Shown piece by piece: positions 1 through 9,869 of a stretch of DNA of 29,357 nt. How positions within the stretch are numbered: the stretch's first letter is position 1; each line of letters begins with the position of its first letter. Below the pieces are notes generated by a model. The model saw nothing but the letters and a program-made list of their open reading frames with translations. It was not told the DNA's origin and made no database searches. The DNA lies in contig JBKPAK010000281.1 of the NCBI GenBank assembly GCA_046726415.1, forward strand, positions 1 through 29,357, written 5' to 3'. Source of the stretch: Candidatus Methylomirabilota bacterium. Lineage in GTDB: Bacteria; Methylomirabilota; Methylomirabilia; Rokubacteriales; CSP1-6. The translations under genes and the position numbers were made by a program.

Positions 1-1734
1 GCGCTCGGGGGCCACCGGCGACGGAGCGCCCATCAAGAGGTCCTGCGCGTGCTGGTTCATGGGGAACGCGATGACTTCGCGAAGGTTGCTCTCCCCAGCC
101 AGGAGCATCACGATCCGATCGATGCCTGGCGCTGACCCTCCGTGCGGTGGGGCGCCGTACCGGAACGCGTTCAGCATGCCCCCGAAATGCGCCTCCACGT
201 GCTCGCGGCTGTAGCCGGCGATCCGGAAAGCCTCGTACATGATGTCGGGTCGATGGTTGCGGATGGCGCCGCTGGAGAGCTCCACGCCGTTGCACACGAT
301 GTCGTACTGGTAGGCCTTGATGGTGAGGGGGTCCTGCGTCTTCAGCGCCTCCAGCCCGCCTTGCGGCATCGAGAACGGGTTGTGGCTGAACTCGATCTTC
401 CCGGTCTCCTCGTCGCGTTCGTACATCGGGAAGTCGACGATCCAGCAGAAGCGATACGCGTCCTTCTCCCCGAGCTCCAGCTCCTCGCCGAGCTTGACGC
501 GCGCCTTGCCGGCCAGCAGATCGGCGGCCGCCCGCTTGTCGCACACGAAGAAGACTGCGTCGCCCTCGCCGGCGCCAGTGGCCTCGCGCAGCCGACCCAG
601 GCGGGGCGCGTCCAGAAACTTGGCGATGGGCCCCCGGGCACCGCCCTCGGCGAGGACGACGTAGCCGAGGCCGGGGGCGCCCTGCTCGCGCGCCCACCGG
701 TTCACGGCGTCGAAGAAGCTGCGCGGCTGGGCCCCCGCGCCGGGCACGGCGAGGCCGCGAACGATGGCCCCGCGCTCGATGGCGTCGGCGAACACCGCGA
801 AACCCGAGCCGCGGAACACGTCGGTCACGTCGCTGATCACCAGCGGGTTGCGCAGATCCGGTTTGTCGGTGCCGTACCGGGCCAGCGCCTCGTCATAGGG
901 AATGCGGGGAAACGGCGGCGGGGTGACGGCAGAGCCGGGTCGGAACTCCTCGAAGACACCGTGCAGCACCGGCTCGATGGCCGCCCAGACGTCCTCCTGG
1001 GTCACGAACGACATCTCGAAATCCAGCTGGTAGAACTCCCCCGGTGAGCGGTCAGCCCGACCGTCCTCGTCTCGAAAGCAGGGAGCGATCTGGAAATAGC
1101 GGTCGAAGCCCGCCACCATCAGGAGCTGCTTGAACTGCTGGGGCGCCTGGGGCAGAGCATAGAACTGCCCGGGATGCACGCGGCTCGGCACCAAATAATC
1201 GCGGGCGCCTTCCGGCGAGCTGGAGGTGAGGATGGGCGTCTGAAACTCGGTGAAGCCGGCGGCGATCATCCGGCGTCGGATGGACGCGATGACCTGGCTC
1301 CGCAGCAGGATATTGCGATGGAGCGTTTCTCGCCGGAGATCGAGAAACCGGTACCGGAGGCGCGTTTCCTCCGGGTAGTCGGCCTCGCTGTTGATTTGAA
1401 GCGGAAGCGGTTCGGAGGTCGAGAGGACCACCAGATCTTCGACGAGCAGCTCGACCTCCCCGGTGGCCAGCTTGGGATTGACCGCCGCCGGTGCCCGGGC
1501 CACCACCCGACCCGTTACCGTGACCACGGTCTCCAGGCGAAGTCCGGCGGCCGCCGCAAAGAGGGGGCTGGTCCCGTCAAGCACACACTGGGTCACTCCG
1601 TGATGATCGCGGAGGTCGAGGAACAACACATTCCCGTGGTCGCGCTTGCGATGAACCCAGCCGGACAGACGGGCGGTCGATCCCACGTGGCGAAGGCGCA
1701 ATTCACCGCACGTCTGCGTGCGGTAGCTGTGCAT
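1..1734 (-). CDS. aspS: Aspartate--tRNA ligase (3' end runs off the window), probably non-discriminating Asp/Asn type
   Basis: Manual translation from ATG 1734 gives [13 protein letters not shown]...[10 protein letters not shown]...[10 protein letters not shown], motif 2 region [12 protein letters not shown], and motif 3 [19 protein letters not shown]...VIAFPMNQ. It is missing from the ORF track because no stop lies in the window. Confidence 0.97.
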   Translation of the reverse strand, partial: MHSYRTQTCGELRLRHVGSTARLSGWVHRKRDHGNVLFLDLRDHHGVTQCVLDGTSPLFAAAAGLRLETVVTVTGRVVARAPAAVNPKLATGEVELLVEDLVVLSTSEPLPLQINSEADYPEETRLRYRFLDLRRETLHRNILLRSQVIASIRRRMIAAGFTEFQTPILTSSSPEGARDYLVPSRVHPGQFYALPQAPQQFKQLLMVAGFDRYFQIAPCFRDEDGRADRSPGEFYQLDFEMSFVTQEDVWAAIEPVLHGVFEEFRPGSAVTPPPFPRIPYDEALARYGTDKPDLRNPLVISDVTDVFRGSGFAVFADAIERGAIVRGLAVPGAGAQPRSFFDAVNRWAREQGAPGLGYVVLAEGGARGPIAKFLDAPRLGRLREATGAGEGDAVFFVCDKRAAADLLAGKARVKLGEELELGEKDAYRFCWIVDFPMYERDEETGKIEFSHNPFSMPQGGLEALKTQDPLTIKAYQYDIVCNGVELSSGAIRNHRPDIMYEAFRIAGYSREHVEAHFGGMLNAFRYGAPPHGGSAPGIDRIVMLLAGESNLREVIAFPMNQHAQDLLMGAPSPVAPER

Positions 1735-1822
1735 CGATTCCCCCGTCACGGGCGTCCGCCGGACGTCGCACCCCGGATCATCGACCGGGGGCGGAGAGCA
1801 AGACCTCGCCTGGCACCGGGCT

Positions 1823-3118
1823 TCACCGGGCGACCTGCGGGCTCTCGGCTCCGGGAACGAGCGGATGCATCACCGGACTCCCGAAGAGGACATAGCCGCT
1901 GAACCCCTGGGCGGCGAGGTCGCCGAGCTGCTTGCGCAGTCGCTTGCTTCGGACCTCGAGCGACACGAGATTGCCGCTCTCGCGAAGCCGGCTGGCCGTC
2001 GCGAGGACGTCGCCCAATCGATCGCGCTCGTGGTCGAAGATGAGCGCCACCCGCGGCGGAGACGCGGTCGCGGCGCCGCCCCGCTCCTGGAGAATCGCGA
2101 CAATGCGCTCGAGGCCGATGGAAAAGCCACAGGCCGGCACCTCGCGTCCCAGCAAGCGTCCGATCATGCGGTCGTAGCGACCGCCTCCCGCGATCGACGA
2201 GGGATAGTCCTTGTAGCCGATCTCGAAGATTTGCCCGGTGTAGTACGACATTCCGCGCACGAGCGTGGGGTCCAAGGCGATCGTGAACCGGCCGGTGGCG
2301 CCCGCCGACACCGCCTCGATGACCGTCCTCAGCCCGCGGGCTGGCGCCCCGCCGGGGTCGATGGGCAGCGCGGCCATGACCTCGGCGGCCTCCCCCGCGC
2401 GAAGGGCCGGCTCGCCGAGGAGGTCCATCAAGGCCGCGATGGCGGCGGGGCGATGGCCAGCGGCCTCCAGCTCGGCGCGCACGCCTGCGCCGCCGATCTT
2501 GTCGAGCTTGTCGAGGGTGATGAAGACCCCCTCGAAGCTCTCGGGAGCGAAGCCGCAGTGCTCCGCGACGGCTACGAGAATCCGCCGGTCGTTGATCCGG
2601 ACCGCGAGATCGGTCAGCCCCAGCGCCAGAAGGGCATCGGCGGTGGCGAGGATCAGCTCGACCTCGGCCACTTCTGAGGCCACGCCGAGAATGTCGATGT
2701 CGCATTGGGTGAACTGCCGGTAGCGGCCTCGCTGCGGCCGCTCGGCGCGCCACACCGGGCCGATCTGGATAGCCTTCAACGGCTGAGGGAGGCGCGCGTG
2801 ATGATGGGCGTAGTACCGCGCGAGAGGCACCGTGAGATCGAAGCGCAGGCCGAGGTCGGCAAGCTCGGCAGTCGCCCCCTCCTCGGCCGTGGACGCGAGC
2901 TTCTCGCCGCGCTTCAGCACCTTGAAGATGAGCTTCTCGTTTTCCCCGCCCCCTCCGCCCATAAGCAGCCGCAAGCTCTCCACAGCGGGCGTTTCCACGC
3001 GCCGGAATCCATACCGCTGGTACACGTCGACGATGCGCGCCATGGCGACGTCGCGGAGCTCGACTTCGGGGGGAAGCAGGTCGCGCATGCCGCGAGGGGG
3101 AGAGGTGTCGATCTTCAC
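1823..3118 (-). CDS. hisS: Histidine--tRNA ligase
   Basis: [58 protein letters not shown] and GFSIGLERI motifs; adjacent to aspS. Confidence 0.97.
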   Translation of the reverse strand: MKIDTSPPRGMRDLLPPEVELRDVAMARIVDVYQRYGFRRVETPAVESLRLLMGGGGGENEKLIFKVLKRGEKLASTAEEGATAELADLGLRFDLTVPLARYYAHHHARLPQPLKAIQIGPVWRAERPQRGRYRQFTQCDIDILGVASEVAEVELILATADALLALGLTDLAVRINDRRILVAVAEHCGFAPESFEGVFITLDKLDKIGGAGVRAELEAAGHRPAAIAALMDLLGEPALRAGEAAEVMAALPIDPGGAPARGLRTVIEAVSAGATGRFTIALDPTLVRGMSYYTGQIFEIGYKDYPSSIAGGGRYDRMIGRLLGREVPACGFSIGLERIVAILQERGGAATASPPRVALIFDHERDRLGDVLATASRLRESGNLVSLEVRSKRLRKQLGDLAAQGFSGYVLFGSPVMHPLVPGAESPQVAR

Positions 3119-3154
3119 GAGGGATGTACCAGAGCGATGGCGGACGGCGGCGCC

Positions 3155-5014
3155 TCAGTCTGGGTTAGTCATGATCAGCTCTGTCTCTCCGGTGTTCTTG
3201 AGCAGGCCCAGCCGCTTGACGACGGCCGCGACCAGCGCCGGATGACCACCGCCGTCTGCGGCGAGGGCGCCCAGACCGGTGATCATGCCCTCGAAGCCCG
3301 CGCTGACCACCTGCATGCGAAAGCCGGCCGGCCCCTTGAACACGACGGCCATCCGCCCCGCCTCGTCCTGGTTGACCGCTACCACGATCTCGTCGATCCC
3401 GTCGCCGTCGAGATCGACCGCCACCGGGTGCGGCTCGACGTTCAGGAACTTGTCGACGTAGGTGCTGAAGATGTGTTCGCGGATCTGGGCCTTGGCCAGC
3501 CCACCCCCCACCGCGGTCAGCGACCGCCACATCGCCACCGCTCCATGCGCAATGACCAGCCGGCTGCGCTCGTCCACGAAGGCCATCACCCGCTGATCCT
3601 TGCCGGCGATGTTGGAGAAGGTCACTCCGAGCGCGCGGAACTGCTCGTTGACCACCGCCGGGCCGATCGCCACGATGTCCTTACCTTTGTCATTGAGCTT
3701 GTAGCGCTTGGCCCCGCCCTTGCCGTAGAGCTTTTCCTCGCTGTAGAGCTGCCCCCACAGGCTCGTCGGCACGCCCTCGCCCTTCTCGTCAACCGCCAGG
3801 AGGAGGTAGGGAATGTCTTCCACCATGACGGCAGCCCGATCGTTCCGCGTGCTCAGGATATAGGACAGCATGCCGGTCTTGTAGTCCTGGCGGTTGACGA
3901 TCACCTCGAGCACGCCGTCACCATCCAGGTCGGCGAGCTGCACGTTCAGGATGTTGCCCACCATGAGGCGATCGAACGTCCACTCCGCGGTCAGAGTCTG
4001 GTTCTCGAGCCGGTACAGGAACACCCGGCGACCGTCCGAAACCGCGAACCTCGGCAGCTTGTCCTTCGGCTGGGTCACCACGTCCATCGACATCACGATG
4101 AAGGGAAAGGTCGCGAGGTGACGGATGGGGATGGAGGCGGCGCCCGCCGAGTACTGGTTCGGCTCGAAGTCACCCGACAGGAGCTTGGCGAGCAAGGAGC
4201 GCTTCTCGACCTTGGCCTCACCGACGCCGCCGCCCGAGGAGTAGTCACGGGTTGGCCGCCGGGCCACCGAGGCTGGGACATAGAGGGCCGTCTGGAACAT
4301 GGTGCCTGCCGCCACCTCGGAGAAGAGCCGCACGTCCATCCACGGCTTGCCCTGAACATTTGTGAAGGACAGCGCCAGCAGGTTGGCGCTCTTGAAGCGG
4401 CGCTGGGCCTCCGCGACGCCCCGGCCCGCGACAAAGTCAGCGGGAGCAATCTTCTCCTGCGCGAGGTACGCCGTCACCTGATCGCCGACGACGAGACGGA
4501 AGCGTCCGGTCCGGTCCAGCTCCTGGATCAGCTCCTGCGTCGCGGCGTCGACGACGCGGTTCGATGGCCCGGCGGCCAGCGCGACCACCGTCAGCAGCAC
4601 CTTGCCGGCCGACACCCGCGCCTGGTCGCCCTCCTTCGGCACTTTGCCATCGACGTGCGCGGCCACCGAATAGTTCTCGAATACCTCCTTCACCGCGATC
4701 CGTCCCAGCGGCTCCTCGGTACGCCCCAGGAGCTTCTTCGTCGTGGGGTGATACAGCTCGCGTCCCGGCCGGAAGGTCGACAGCTCCATGCCGGCCTGGA
4801 CAGCGTCCGCACGCCCGGCGGCGAGGGTGATGCGCTCCCCGTTCATCTCGACCACGTCGGTCTTGACCACGGGGAAGAGCGCCATGATCTGATCGACCAG
4901 GACTTTGAAAGAGAGCGGAGGCTCCGACGGCGGGGGTTGGCTTGACTGTGCGGCGACTGTCACCGCCCACGCCAGCGAAACACACAGCGTGAGGCTCGAC
5001 AGGTACTTGCGCAT
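3155..5014 (-). CDS. Exported protein with FlgT-C-like N-terminal domain and C-terminal FG-GAP/VCBS repeats
   Basis: Signal peptide MRKYLSSLTLCVSLAWAVTVAA; FRPGRELYHPTTKKLLG segment; DLDGDGVLE and DLDGDGIDE Ca-binding repeats. Start trimmed from ORF 3155..5059. Confidence 0.75.
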   Translation of the reverse strand: MRKYLSSLTLCVSLAWAVTVAAQSSQPPPSEPPLSFKVLVDQIMALFPVVKTDVVEMNGERITLAAGRADAVQAGMELSTFRPGRELYHPTTKKLLGRTEEPLGRIAVKEVFENYSVAAHVDGKVPKEGDQARVSAGKVLLTVVALAAGPSNRVVDAATQELIQELDRTGRFRLVVGDQVTAYLAQEKIAPADFVAGRGVAEAQRRFKSANLLALSFTNVQGKPWMDVRLFSEVAAGTMFQTALYVPASVARRPTRDYSSGGGVGEAKVEKRSLLAKLLSGDFEPNQYSAGAASIPIRHLATFPFIVMSMDVVTQPKDKLPRFAVSDGRRVFLYRLENQTLTAEWTFDRLMVGNILNVQLADLDGDGVLEVIVNRQDYKTGMLSYILSTRNDRAAVMVEDIPYLLLAVDEKGEGVPTSLWGQLYSEEKLYGKGGAKRYKLNDKGKDIVAIGPAVVNEQFRALGVTFSNIAGKDQRVMAFVDERSRLVIAHGAVAMWRSLTAVGGGLAKAQIREHIFSTYVDKFLNVEPHPVAVDLDGDGIDEIVVAVNQDEAGRMAVVFKGPAGFRMQVVSAGFEGMITGLGALAADGGGHPALVAAVVKRLGLLKNTGETELIMTNPD

Positions 5015-5029
5015 GACTCGGACTATACC

Positions 5030-5067
5030 AAAAACGGCGAGGGCATGGGGTGTTCCCATGCCCTCGC
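5030..5067 (-). terminator. Intrinsic terminator downstream of the porin-like gene
   Basis: Perfect 13-bp stem GCGAGGGCATGGG/CCCATGCCCTCGC (5037-5067) with a 5-nt loop, followed on the minus strand by CGTTTTT. Confidence 0.8.
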
Positions 5068-5090
5068 GCTCCTTGCCTACGGCACCCCGA

Positions 5091-6827
5091 CTAGAACGTG
5101 AAGCGCAGCCGGGTCGAGACCTTCCAGATGTCCTCCGCGTCGCGCCCCTTGGCCGCCGGGGCGGTCGCCCCGGTGCCCTGCGGTCCCGCGATATTCATCG
5201 CTTCGCCCGTCCACATATACGCACCGATGAGGTCGAGGGCGACGTTGGGGGCGAACCGGTAGGTCATCCCCACGGCGCCTTCCACCCCGAGAAACTGGTT
5301 CTTGCCCACTCCGTTGCTGGTGCAGTTCCCGAACCCGGCAGCGATCGACGCCGCGCTCACTACATTCGGACACTGGGCGAGACCGAACGAGGTCAAGACG
5401 CTGTCGGTGTTGACCTTGTACGGCGTCCAGCTGCCGTTCACCAAGCCGGTGAAGGTGAGGGCCGGGGTGAGCGCATAGTCGGCGGCGAAGGCCAAGATCA
5501 TGCGCCCGTACTTGTCGTAGCTGGGCGACTCACGGAGCGTCAGCCCGGACGAACCGACGAAGAGGGCCGTGGCATAGTCGATACCGCCCGTTTGGATGTC
5601 CGTCCAGCCGGCGAAGTAACCGAAGGCGTGCTGGATCGGCCGGTAGTAGCCGATGTCGGCACCGTTCCCGACGTTCTGGTTGGCCGACTGGCCGGATGTG
5701 TATACCACCCGAGCCTGAAGATTCAGGGGCCCGATCCGGTAGCCGGCGATGGTGTCGAAGATGAAGGCCCCGATGTCGACCGTGCTCTTGCCGAGCGCGC
5801 TGGTGGCGTTGGGAAAACCAGTGGCGGGGCTGAGGAACTGACCGGCGGCGAGATTGAAGACCTGCGCCTTGCCGAACTGGTAGAGGAACGTCGGCTGGAG
5901 CGAGAAGCCGCCGACCGTCCACCGGAGGTCGCCACCGATGGTGTGGCGGTACGTCGTCAGCGGGGACACCGGAGGGGGTATCCCGCAGTCGTTCGGGTTG
6001 TAGCCACCGGCACCCGCGTTACCTGTCGCCGTCGTGGCGCTGGCGTTGCAGCTGCCGCCGTGGAGCCACGCGAAGGTGTAGGTAGGCTTGACCGTGAAGC
6101 CCTTGAAGATGTCCATTTCCAGGGCCGCGGCCCACGCGTAGTTGTTGTTCGCGCCCATCGCGATGATCGGATCGAGCTTCGCCGATTCCCAGATGTACAT
6201 GACCGTGCTGCGGATATCCGGCGTCCAGTTCGTCTGTATGGCGATGGCCGGAATGTCACCGCTCACCTGGATACCGTTCTTGTAGTCGATGCCTCGCGCC
6301 GGCTGACCACCGACCCGGGCGATGCTCGAGAACGGAATCCACGGCAGGAACGATCCTTCACCGGTGGCCGGCGTCTCGATGTAGAGCCACTTAGTCTCCA
6401 CGACGGACGCCACGTCGATGTCCTGGTCGAAGTTGGCCGACGTGCCGGGGAAGGCAGGCCCCTGCGTCCCGCCGTTGAACGCGCTCCCCGAGTTGTTCAA
6501 CTGGCCGGCGCCCTGGGTGAAGTCGAGCTCGACGGCCCACACCCCCTTGGTGCGCCCCACTTCACCGGTGATGGTGAAAACGCCGCGCTCGCGAGCGTAC
6601 CAGCCCTTGTCGCGCTCGTTGGTCACATCCGAGCCCGCAAGGCCACCAGTATCGCCGGTGCCGCCGGAGCCACCCGACCAGTTGCTGTACACCGTGACCA
6701 CGAAGTCCACCAACCCGTTGATCGTCACCTTCGGGGCGGGAGCTGGCGCCGGAGCCTGGGCGAAGACCGGTGGGGCCAGCATTCCGAGGGCGGCGATGAA
6801 GAAGAGTGCTGCTGCGACCTTCCTCAT
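5091..6827 (-). CDS. Probable outer-membrane beta-barrel (porin-like) protein
   Basis: GAGGAGG RBS 6 nt before ATG 6827; signal peptide ending in VFA; alternating aromatic/Gly beta-strand pattern; C-terminal STRLRFTF with terminal Phe. Confidence 0.75.
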   Translation of the reverse strand: MRKVAAALFFIAALGMLAPPVFAQAPAPAPAPKVTINGLVDFVVTVYSNWSGGSGGTGDTGGLAGSDVTNERDKGWYARERGVFTITGEVGRTKGVWAVELDFTQGAGQLNNSGSAFNGGTQGPAFPGTSANFDQDIDVASVVETKWLYIETPATGEGSFLPWIPFSSIARVGGQPARGIDYKNGIQVSGDIPAIAIQTNWTPDIRSTVMYIWESAKLDPIIAMGANNNYAWAAALEMDIFKGFTVKPTYTFAWLHGGSCNASATTATGNAGAGGYNPNDCGIPPPVSPLTTYRHTIGGDLRWTVGGFSLQPTFLYQFGKAQVFNLAAGQFLSPATGFPNATSALGKSTVDIGAFIFDTIAGYRIGPLNLQARVVYTSGQSANQNVGNGADIGYYRPIQHAFGYFAGWTDIQTGGIDYATALFVGSSGLTLRESPSYDKYGRMILAFAADYALTPALTFTGLVNGSWTPYKVNTDSVLTSFGLAQCPNVVSAASIAAGFGNCTSNGVGKNQFLGVEGAVGMTYRFAPNVALDLIGAYMWTGEAMNIAGPQGTGATAPAAKGRDAEDIWKVSTRLRFTF

Positions 6828-6923
6828 ATACAGCCTCCTCATGAGGGGTGAACTGCTTGGAAATCCACGCCTAACCTGCCACCAACAACACCAACACCTG
6901 CGAACCCTGACGTTAGTGCCACT

Positions 6924-6953
6924 CTTCTACATCAGCGCGCGAACTTCGGTCAA
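6924..6953 (-). promoter_or_regulatory. Possible sigma70 promoter of the porin-like gene
   Basis: TTGACC-N18-TAGAAG preceded by a T-tract; the -10 element is weak. Confidence 0.35.
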
Positions 6954-6979
6954 CAAAAAAGCGCCCAATCCCTTGGCGG

Positions 6980-7657
6980 TTAACCCCCGTCACCCAGCCC
7001 CCGCAGCTGATCCTGAGCCGCCCGCCCGAGCGGAGATTGGGGCGCGATATCGCGGACCTTCCGAAAGGCCGCCACGGCATCGGTTCGCCGTCCTGTGGCG
7101 ACCAGGACCAGGCCCAAGTTGTAGTAGGCAGCTTCCATGTGCGGGTCGAGGGAGATGGCGAAGCGGAGTTCCCCCTCCGCCTCGCGGTACTGCCGGAGAT
7201 GGTACAGGGCGAGCCCCAGGTTCTGGTGCGCCACCCCCTCCGCAGCGAGCGTGGGAAACGACAGGGCTTTCCGATACTGAGGCACCGCCTCCTGCCAGCG
7301 GCCCGTCTCCGCCAGCGAGATGCCGAGATTGAGGTACGCGTCGGCATAACCCGGATCGAGCGTCAACGCCCGCTGGAAAGACTCCACGGCGAGATCGGGG
7401 CGCTGCAACTGCAGGAGGAGCAATCCCAAAGTGTTGTGATAGAGGGGCACCGTTCCGTCGAGGGCCACCGCTTCCCGAAGCGCCCCCAGGGCCAGGGCAG
7501 GCTGCTTGTCTCTGAGGTGTCCCAACCCGCGTTCGTACGTCGCCCGGGCCTGCAGGCGCTGCGTGTCTTGAGGGGGCACAGGCTGGGCTGAGGCGCAGCC
7601 CCAGGCCGCGGTCGCCATCAACACGAGCCCAAGCCAGGAACCGGCGCGCCTTGACAC
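6980..7657 (-). CDS. TPR-repeat lipoprotein (PilF/PilW-like)
   Basis: Lipobox AWGC after a hydrophobic stretch; several TPR motifs (AYLNLG, AHQNLG, AYYNLG). GTG start at 7657 is inferred. Confidence 0.8.
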   Translation of the reverse strand: MSRRAGSWLGLVLMATAAWGCASAQPVPPQDTQRLQARATYERGLGHLRDKQPALALGALREAVALDGTVPLYHNTLGLLLLQLQRPDLAVESFQRALTLDPGYADAYLNLGISLAETGRWQEAVPQYRKALSFPTLAAEGVAHQNLGLALYHLRQYREAEGELRFAISLDPHMEAAYYNLGLVLVATGRRTDAVAAFRKVRDIAPQSPLGRAAQDQLRGLGDGG

Positions 7658-7680
7658 CCCGGGAGAGGTCCATGTAACGT
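7651..7680 (+). promoter_or_regulatory. Sigma70-like promoter for the FmdB-family gene
   Basis: TTGACA (7651-7656)-N18-TAACGT (7675-7680), 8 nt before GTG 7689. Confidence 0.55.
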
Positions 7681-7688
7681 CTGAATTC

Positions 7689-8081
7689 GTGCCAACATAC
7701 GAGTACGAATGCCTTGGATGTCGGCGGGTCTTCGAGATCCGGCAGCCGATCTCGGCGGCGCCGCTCACAATCTGTGACGTCTGCGGCGGTGAAGTTCGGC
7801 GCCTGCTCAGCCCCGCTCCATTCATCCTCAAAGGAGAGGGCTGGTACGTGACGGACTACCCCTCCGCGGCGCGGAAAAAAGCTCTCCAGTCGGAGAAGAA
7901 CGACGGAGGCGCCGACAAGAAGGTATCCGAAGGGAAGTCGTCCGGAGAGAAGCCATCGGACAAGAAGGCATCCGGAGAGAAGCCATCGGGCGAGCAGTCT
8001 AGCACTTCGCCGTCGACATCCACTAGTCCCGCGACGGCGCCCTCTACGACGTCCTCCGGATCCGCCTCCCGGGCCGACTGA
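7689..8081 (+). CDS. FmdB-family zinc-ribbon putative regulatory protein
   Basis: MPTYEYECxxC...CxxCGG...FILKGEGWYVTDY followed by a Ser/Lys-rich low-complexity tail. Confidence 0.9.
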   Translation: MPTYEYECLGCRRVFEIRQPISAAPLTICDVCGGEVRRLLSPAPFILKGEGWYVTDYPSAARKKALQSEKNDGGADKKVSEGKSSGEKPSDKKASGEKPSGEQSSTSPSTSTSPATAPSTTSSGSASRAD

Positions 8082-8844
8082 CCAGCACCGGAGTGCCGCG
8101 CTTGGCCTTGAGGAGGGCCTCGGCCCGGCCCTCCCTGACGGCGATCTCTAGGCGGCGGCGCGAGCCAATCAGCCCTCCCGCCTCGCCCTCTGAAAGATCT
8201 CCGTAGGTGCCCACCAGGGGAAGTGCACGGCGCGCCACCCGGATGACGACATCGGGACCGAGAGCTTCCACCCTCTCTGCCCTGATGGAGGTCACCAAGT
8301 TGCCAAAGCGGTCGACGTGCACGACGGTCCCTGCCACGTCGCCCCCGACCACCTGCACCTCTGGCCAGGTCAAGCGAAGGGGATCCTCCACGGCCGGACC
8401 GAGGCGCCGGACATCGAGGCCGGCGGCCACGTGGGCGGCGGCCGGGGCGAAGATGTCCCGGCCGTGGAAAGTCCGGCTCACCACGGGGCTCCGGAATTCG
8501 GTCGCGGTGAGCTCGAACGCCTCCCAGCCCTCGCCTTCGAGGAACGGCGTGAAGAGCCCATTGTCGGGTCCCATGAAGACCGATCCGCCGGCGACGACGG
8601 CCAGGCCACGCCTCGGGGTGCCCACGCCCGGATCGACCACGGCCACGTGAACCGTTTGCGGTGGAAAATGTGGCGCCGCCGCTTCCAGGGCCAGAGCCCC
8701 TTCGGCAATATCATGAGCCCCGATGTCATGGGTGATATCGACGATGTGGACATCCCGCGTGATGCCGAGGATGGCGGCCTTCATCTCGGCCACGTAGGGA
8801 TCGCGAAGCCCGAAGTCGGTGGTGAGGGTGATGATCGCCGGCAC
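8044..8844 (-). CDS. DUF62 SAM hydroxide adenosyltransferase (SAM hydrolase; chlorinase/fluorinase superfamily)
   Basis: TDFG, VVDPGVGTPRR, GPDNG, TFHGRDIFAP and DRFGN motifs. Confidence 0.9.
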   Translation of the reverse strand: MPAIITLTTDFGLRDPYVAEMKAAILGITRDVHIVDITHDIGAHDIAEGALALEAAAPHFPPQTVHVAVVDPGVGTPRRGLAVVAGGSVFMGPDNGLFTPFLEGEGWEAFELTATEFRSPVVSRTFHGRDIFAPAAAHVAAGLDVRRLGPAVEDPLRLTWPEVQVVGGDVAGTVVHVDRFGNLVTSIRAERVEALGPDVVIRVARRALPLVGTYGDLSEGEAGGLIGSRRRLEIAVREGRAEALLKAKRGTPVLVSRPGRRIRRTS

Positions 8845-8860
8845 CGCGGCGCGCTATTGC

Positions 8861-9859
8861 TCAGCGGTCGCGATCGACGACGAAGTCGGCGATGAGGGCC
8901 AGGGTCTCTCGCTCCTCGGAGGCAGGAAACGCTTCGAGGTCGCCCTTGGCGGCCTGCGCGTAATCGTGCGCGCGCCCGAGCGCGTACTCGACCCCCGCGT
9001 GCTCGACGACGAGCAGTCGAATTTCCTCGACCTCGTCGGGATTCAAGGTGGGCCGTCGAAGAAGGGTGCGCACGCGCTCGCGCTCGGCCGGGCTCGAGCG
9101 CTTCAGCATGGCGATGAGGGGCAATGTCCGCTTGCCTTCCCGCAGGTCCGTGCCCACGGCCTTGCCCAGACGCGTCTGATCCGCCACGAAATCGAGGGAA
9201 TCGTCGGAGATCTGGAAGGCGACGCCGACGTCCAGACCATACCGGGTGAGCGCCTCGACCTGGTCGGCGCCCAGGCCGCCGAGGAGTCCTCCGATCCGGC
9301 AGCACGCCGAGATGAAGGAGGCGGTTTTCAAGGTGATGATGCGAACGTAATCGTCCTCCGCCACGACGCCACTGCGCTTGCGCTCGAGCTGGAACACCTC
9401 GGCCTCGGTCATCGACACGGTGGCGCGAGCGAGGGTCTCCATGACCGCCCGATCGTTGTCGCGCACGAGCATGGCGAAGGACTTTGAATAGAGGTGGTCG
9501 CCCACCAAGACCGACGCGTCGTCACCCCACTGCGCGTTGGCCGACGGCCGCCCCCGGCGCAACGGCGCTCGGTCGACGACATCATCGTGGATGAGCGTGG
9601 CGGTGTGCAGCAGTTCGACCACGCACGCCAGGCGGACGCCGCGGGGACCGTGGGCCCCGGCCAGGCGGGCGGCCAGCAGGAGAAGCATCGGGCGCAGGCG
9701 TTTGCCGCCGGCGCCGGCGATGTACTCGCCCATTTCCTGGATCAGCCCGACCGGCGAGTCCAGCTCGCGCCGGATCTCCTCCTCCACCGCGCGCAGGTCG
9801 TCGCCCACCAGCGCGGCGACACGTTCCTTGAGGATCTGCTCGAGGGCGGGGGTGGGCAC
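8861..9859 (-). CDS. ispB: Long-chain polyprenyl diphosphate synthase (IspB-like)
   Basis: GGKRLRP, LIHDDVVD...RRG (FARM), VLVGD, KTAS, FQISDDSLD (SARM), GKxxGxDLREGK. Confidence 0.88.
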   Translation of the reverse strand: MPTPALEQILKERVAALVGDDLRAVEEEIRRELDSPVGLIQEMGEYIAGAGGKRLRPMLLLLAARLAGAHGPRGVRLACVVELLHTATLIHDDVVDRAPLRRGRPSANAQWGDDASVLVGDHLYSKSFAMLVRDNDRAVMETLARATVSMTEAEVFQLERKRSGVVAEDDYVRIITLKTASFISACCRIGGLLGGLGADQVEALTRYGLDVGVAFQISDDSLDFVADQTRLGKAVGTDLREGKRTLPLIAMLKRSSPAERERVRTLLRRPTLNPDEVEEIRLLVVEHAGVEYALGRAHDYAQAAKGDLEAFPASEERETLALIADFVVDRDR

Positions 9860-9869
9860 GCCGCCGACG

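Noticed and set aside
1735..1822. T-box or other structured leader between hisS and aspS
   Set aside because: The gap is only 88 bp with a weak GC hairpin and no T-box consensus.
142..6851. Long plus-strand ORFs (142..1047, 2705..4945, 4905..6851; likewise 11785..13254, 15766..17190, 19788..21485, 23127..24887)
   Set aside because: They are antisense shadows of well-supported minus-strand genes in GC-rich DNA and show no recognisable motifs.
6955..6979. Terminator after the TPR gene (weak stem plus six T on the minus strand)
   Set aside because: The stem is short and bulged, and the T-tract could equally be an upstream element of the adjacent promoter.
7914..7990. Short repeats (TCCGGAGAGAAGCCATCGG twice) and the 38-bp convergent overlap at the FmdB 3' end
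   Set aside because: Low-complexity tails are typical of this family; there is no evidence of a separate element.
8044..8844. SAM-dependent fluorinase or chlorinase
   Set aside because: It has the Asp-Arg-His set typical of DUF62 SAM hydrolases (DPGVG, following Arg, TFHGRD) and sits among housekeeping genes with no biosynthetic cluster.
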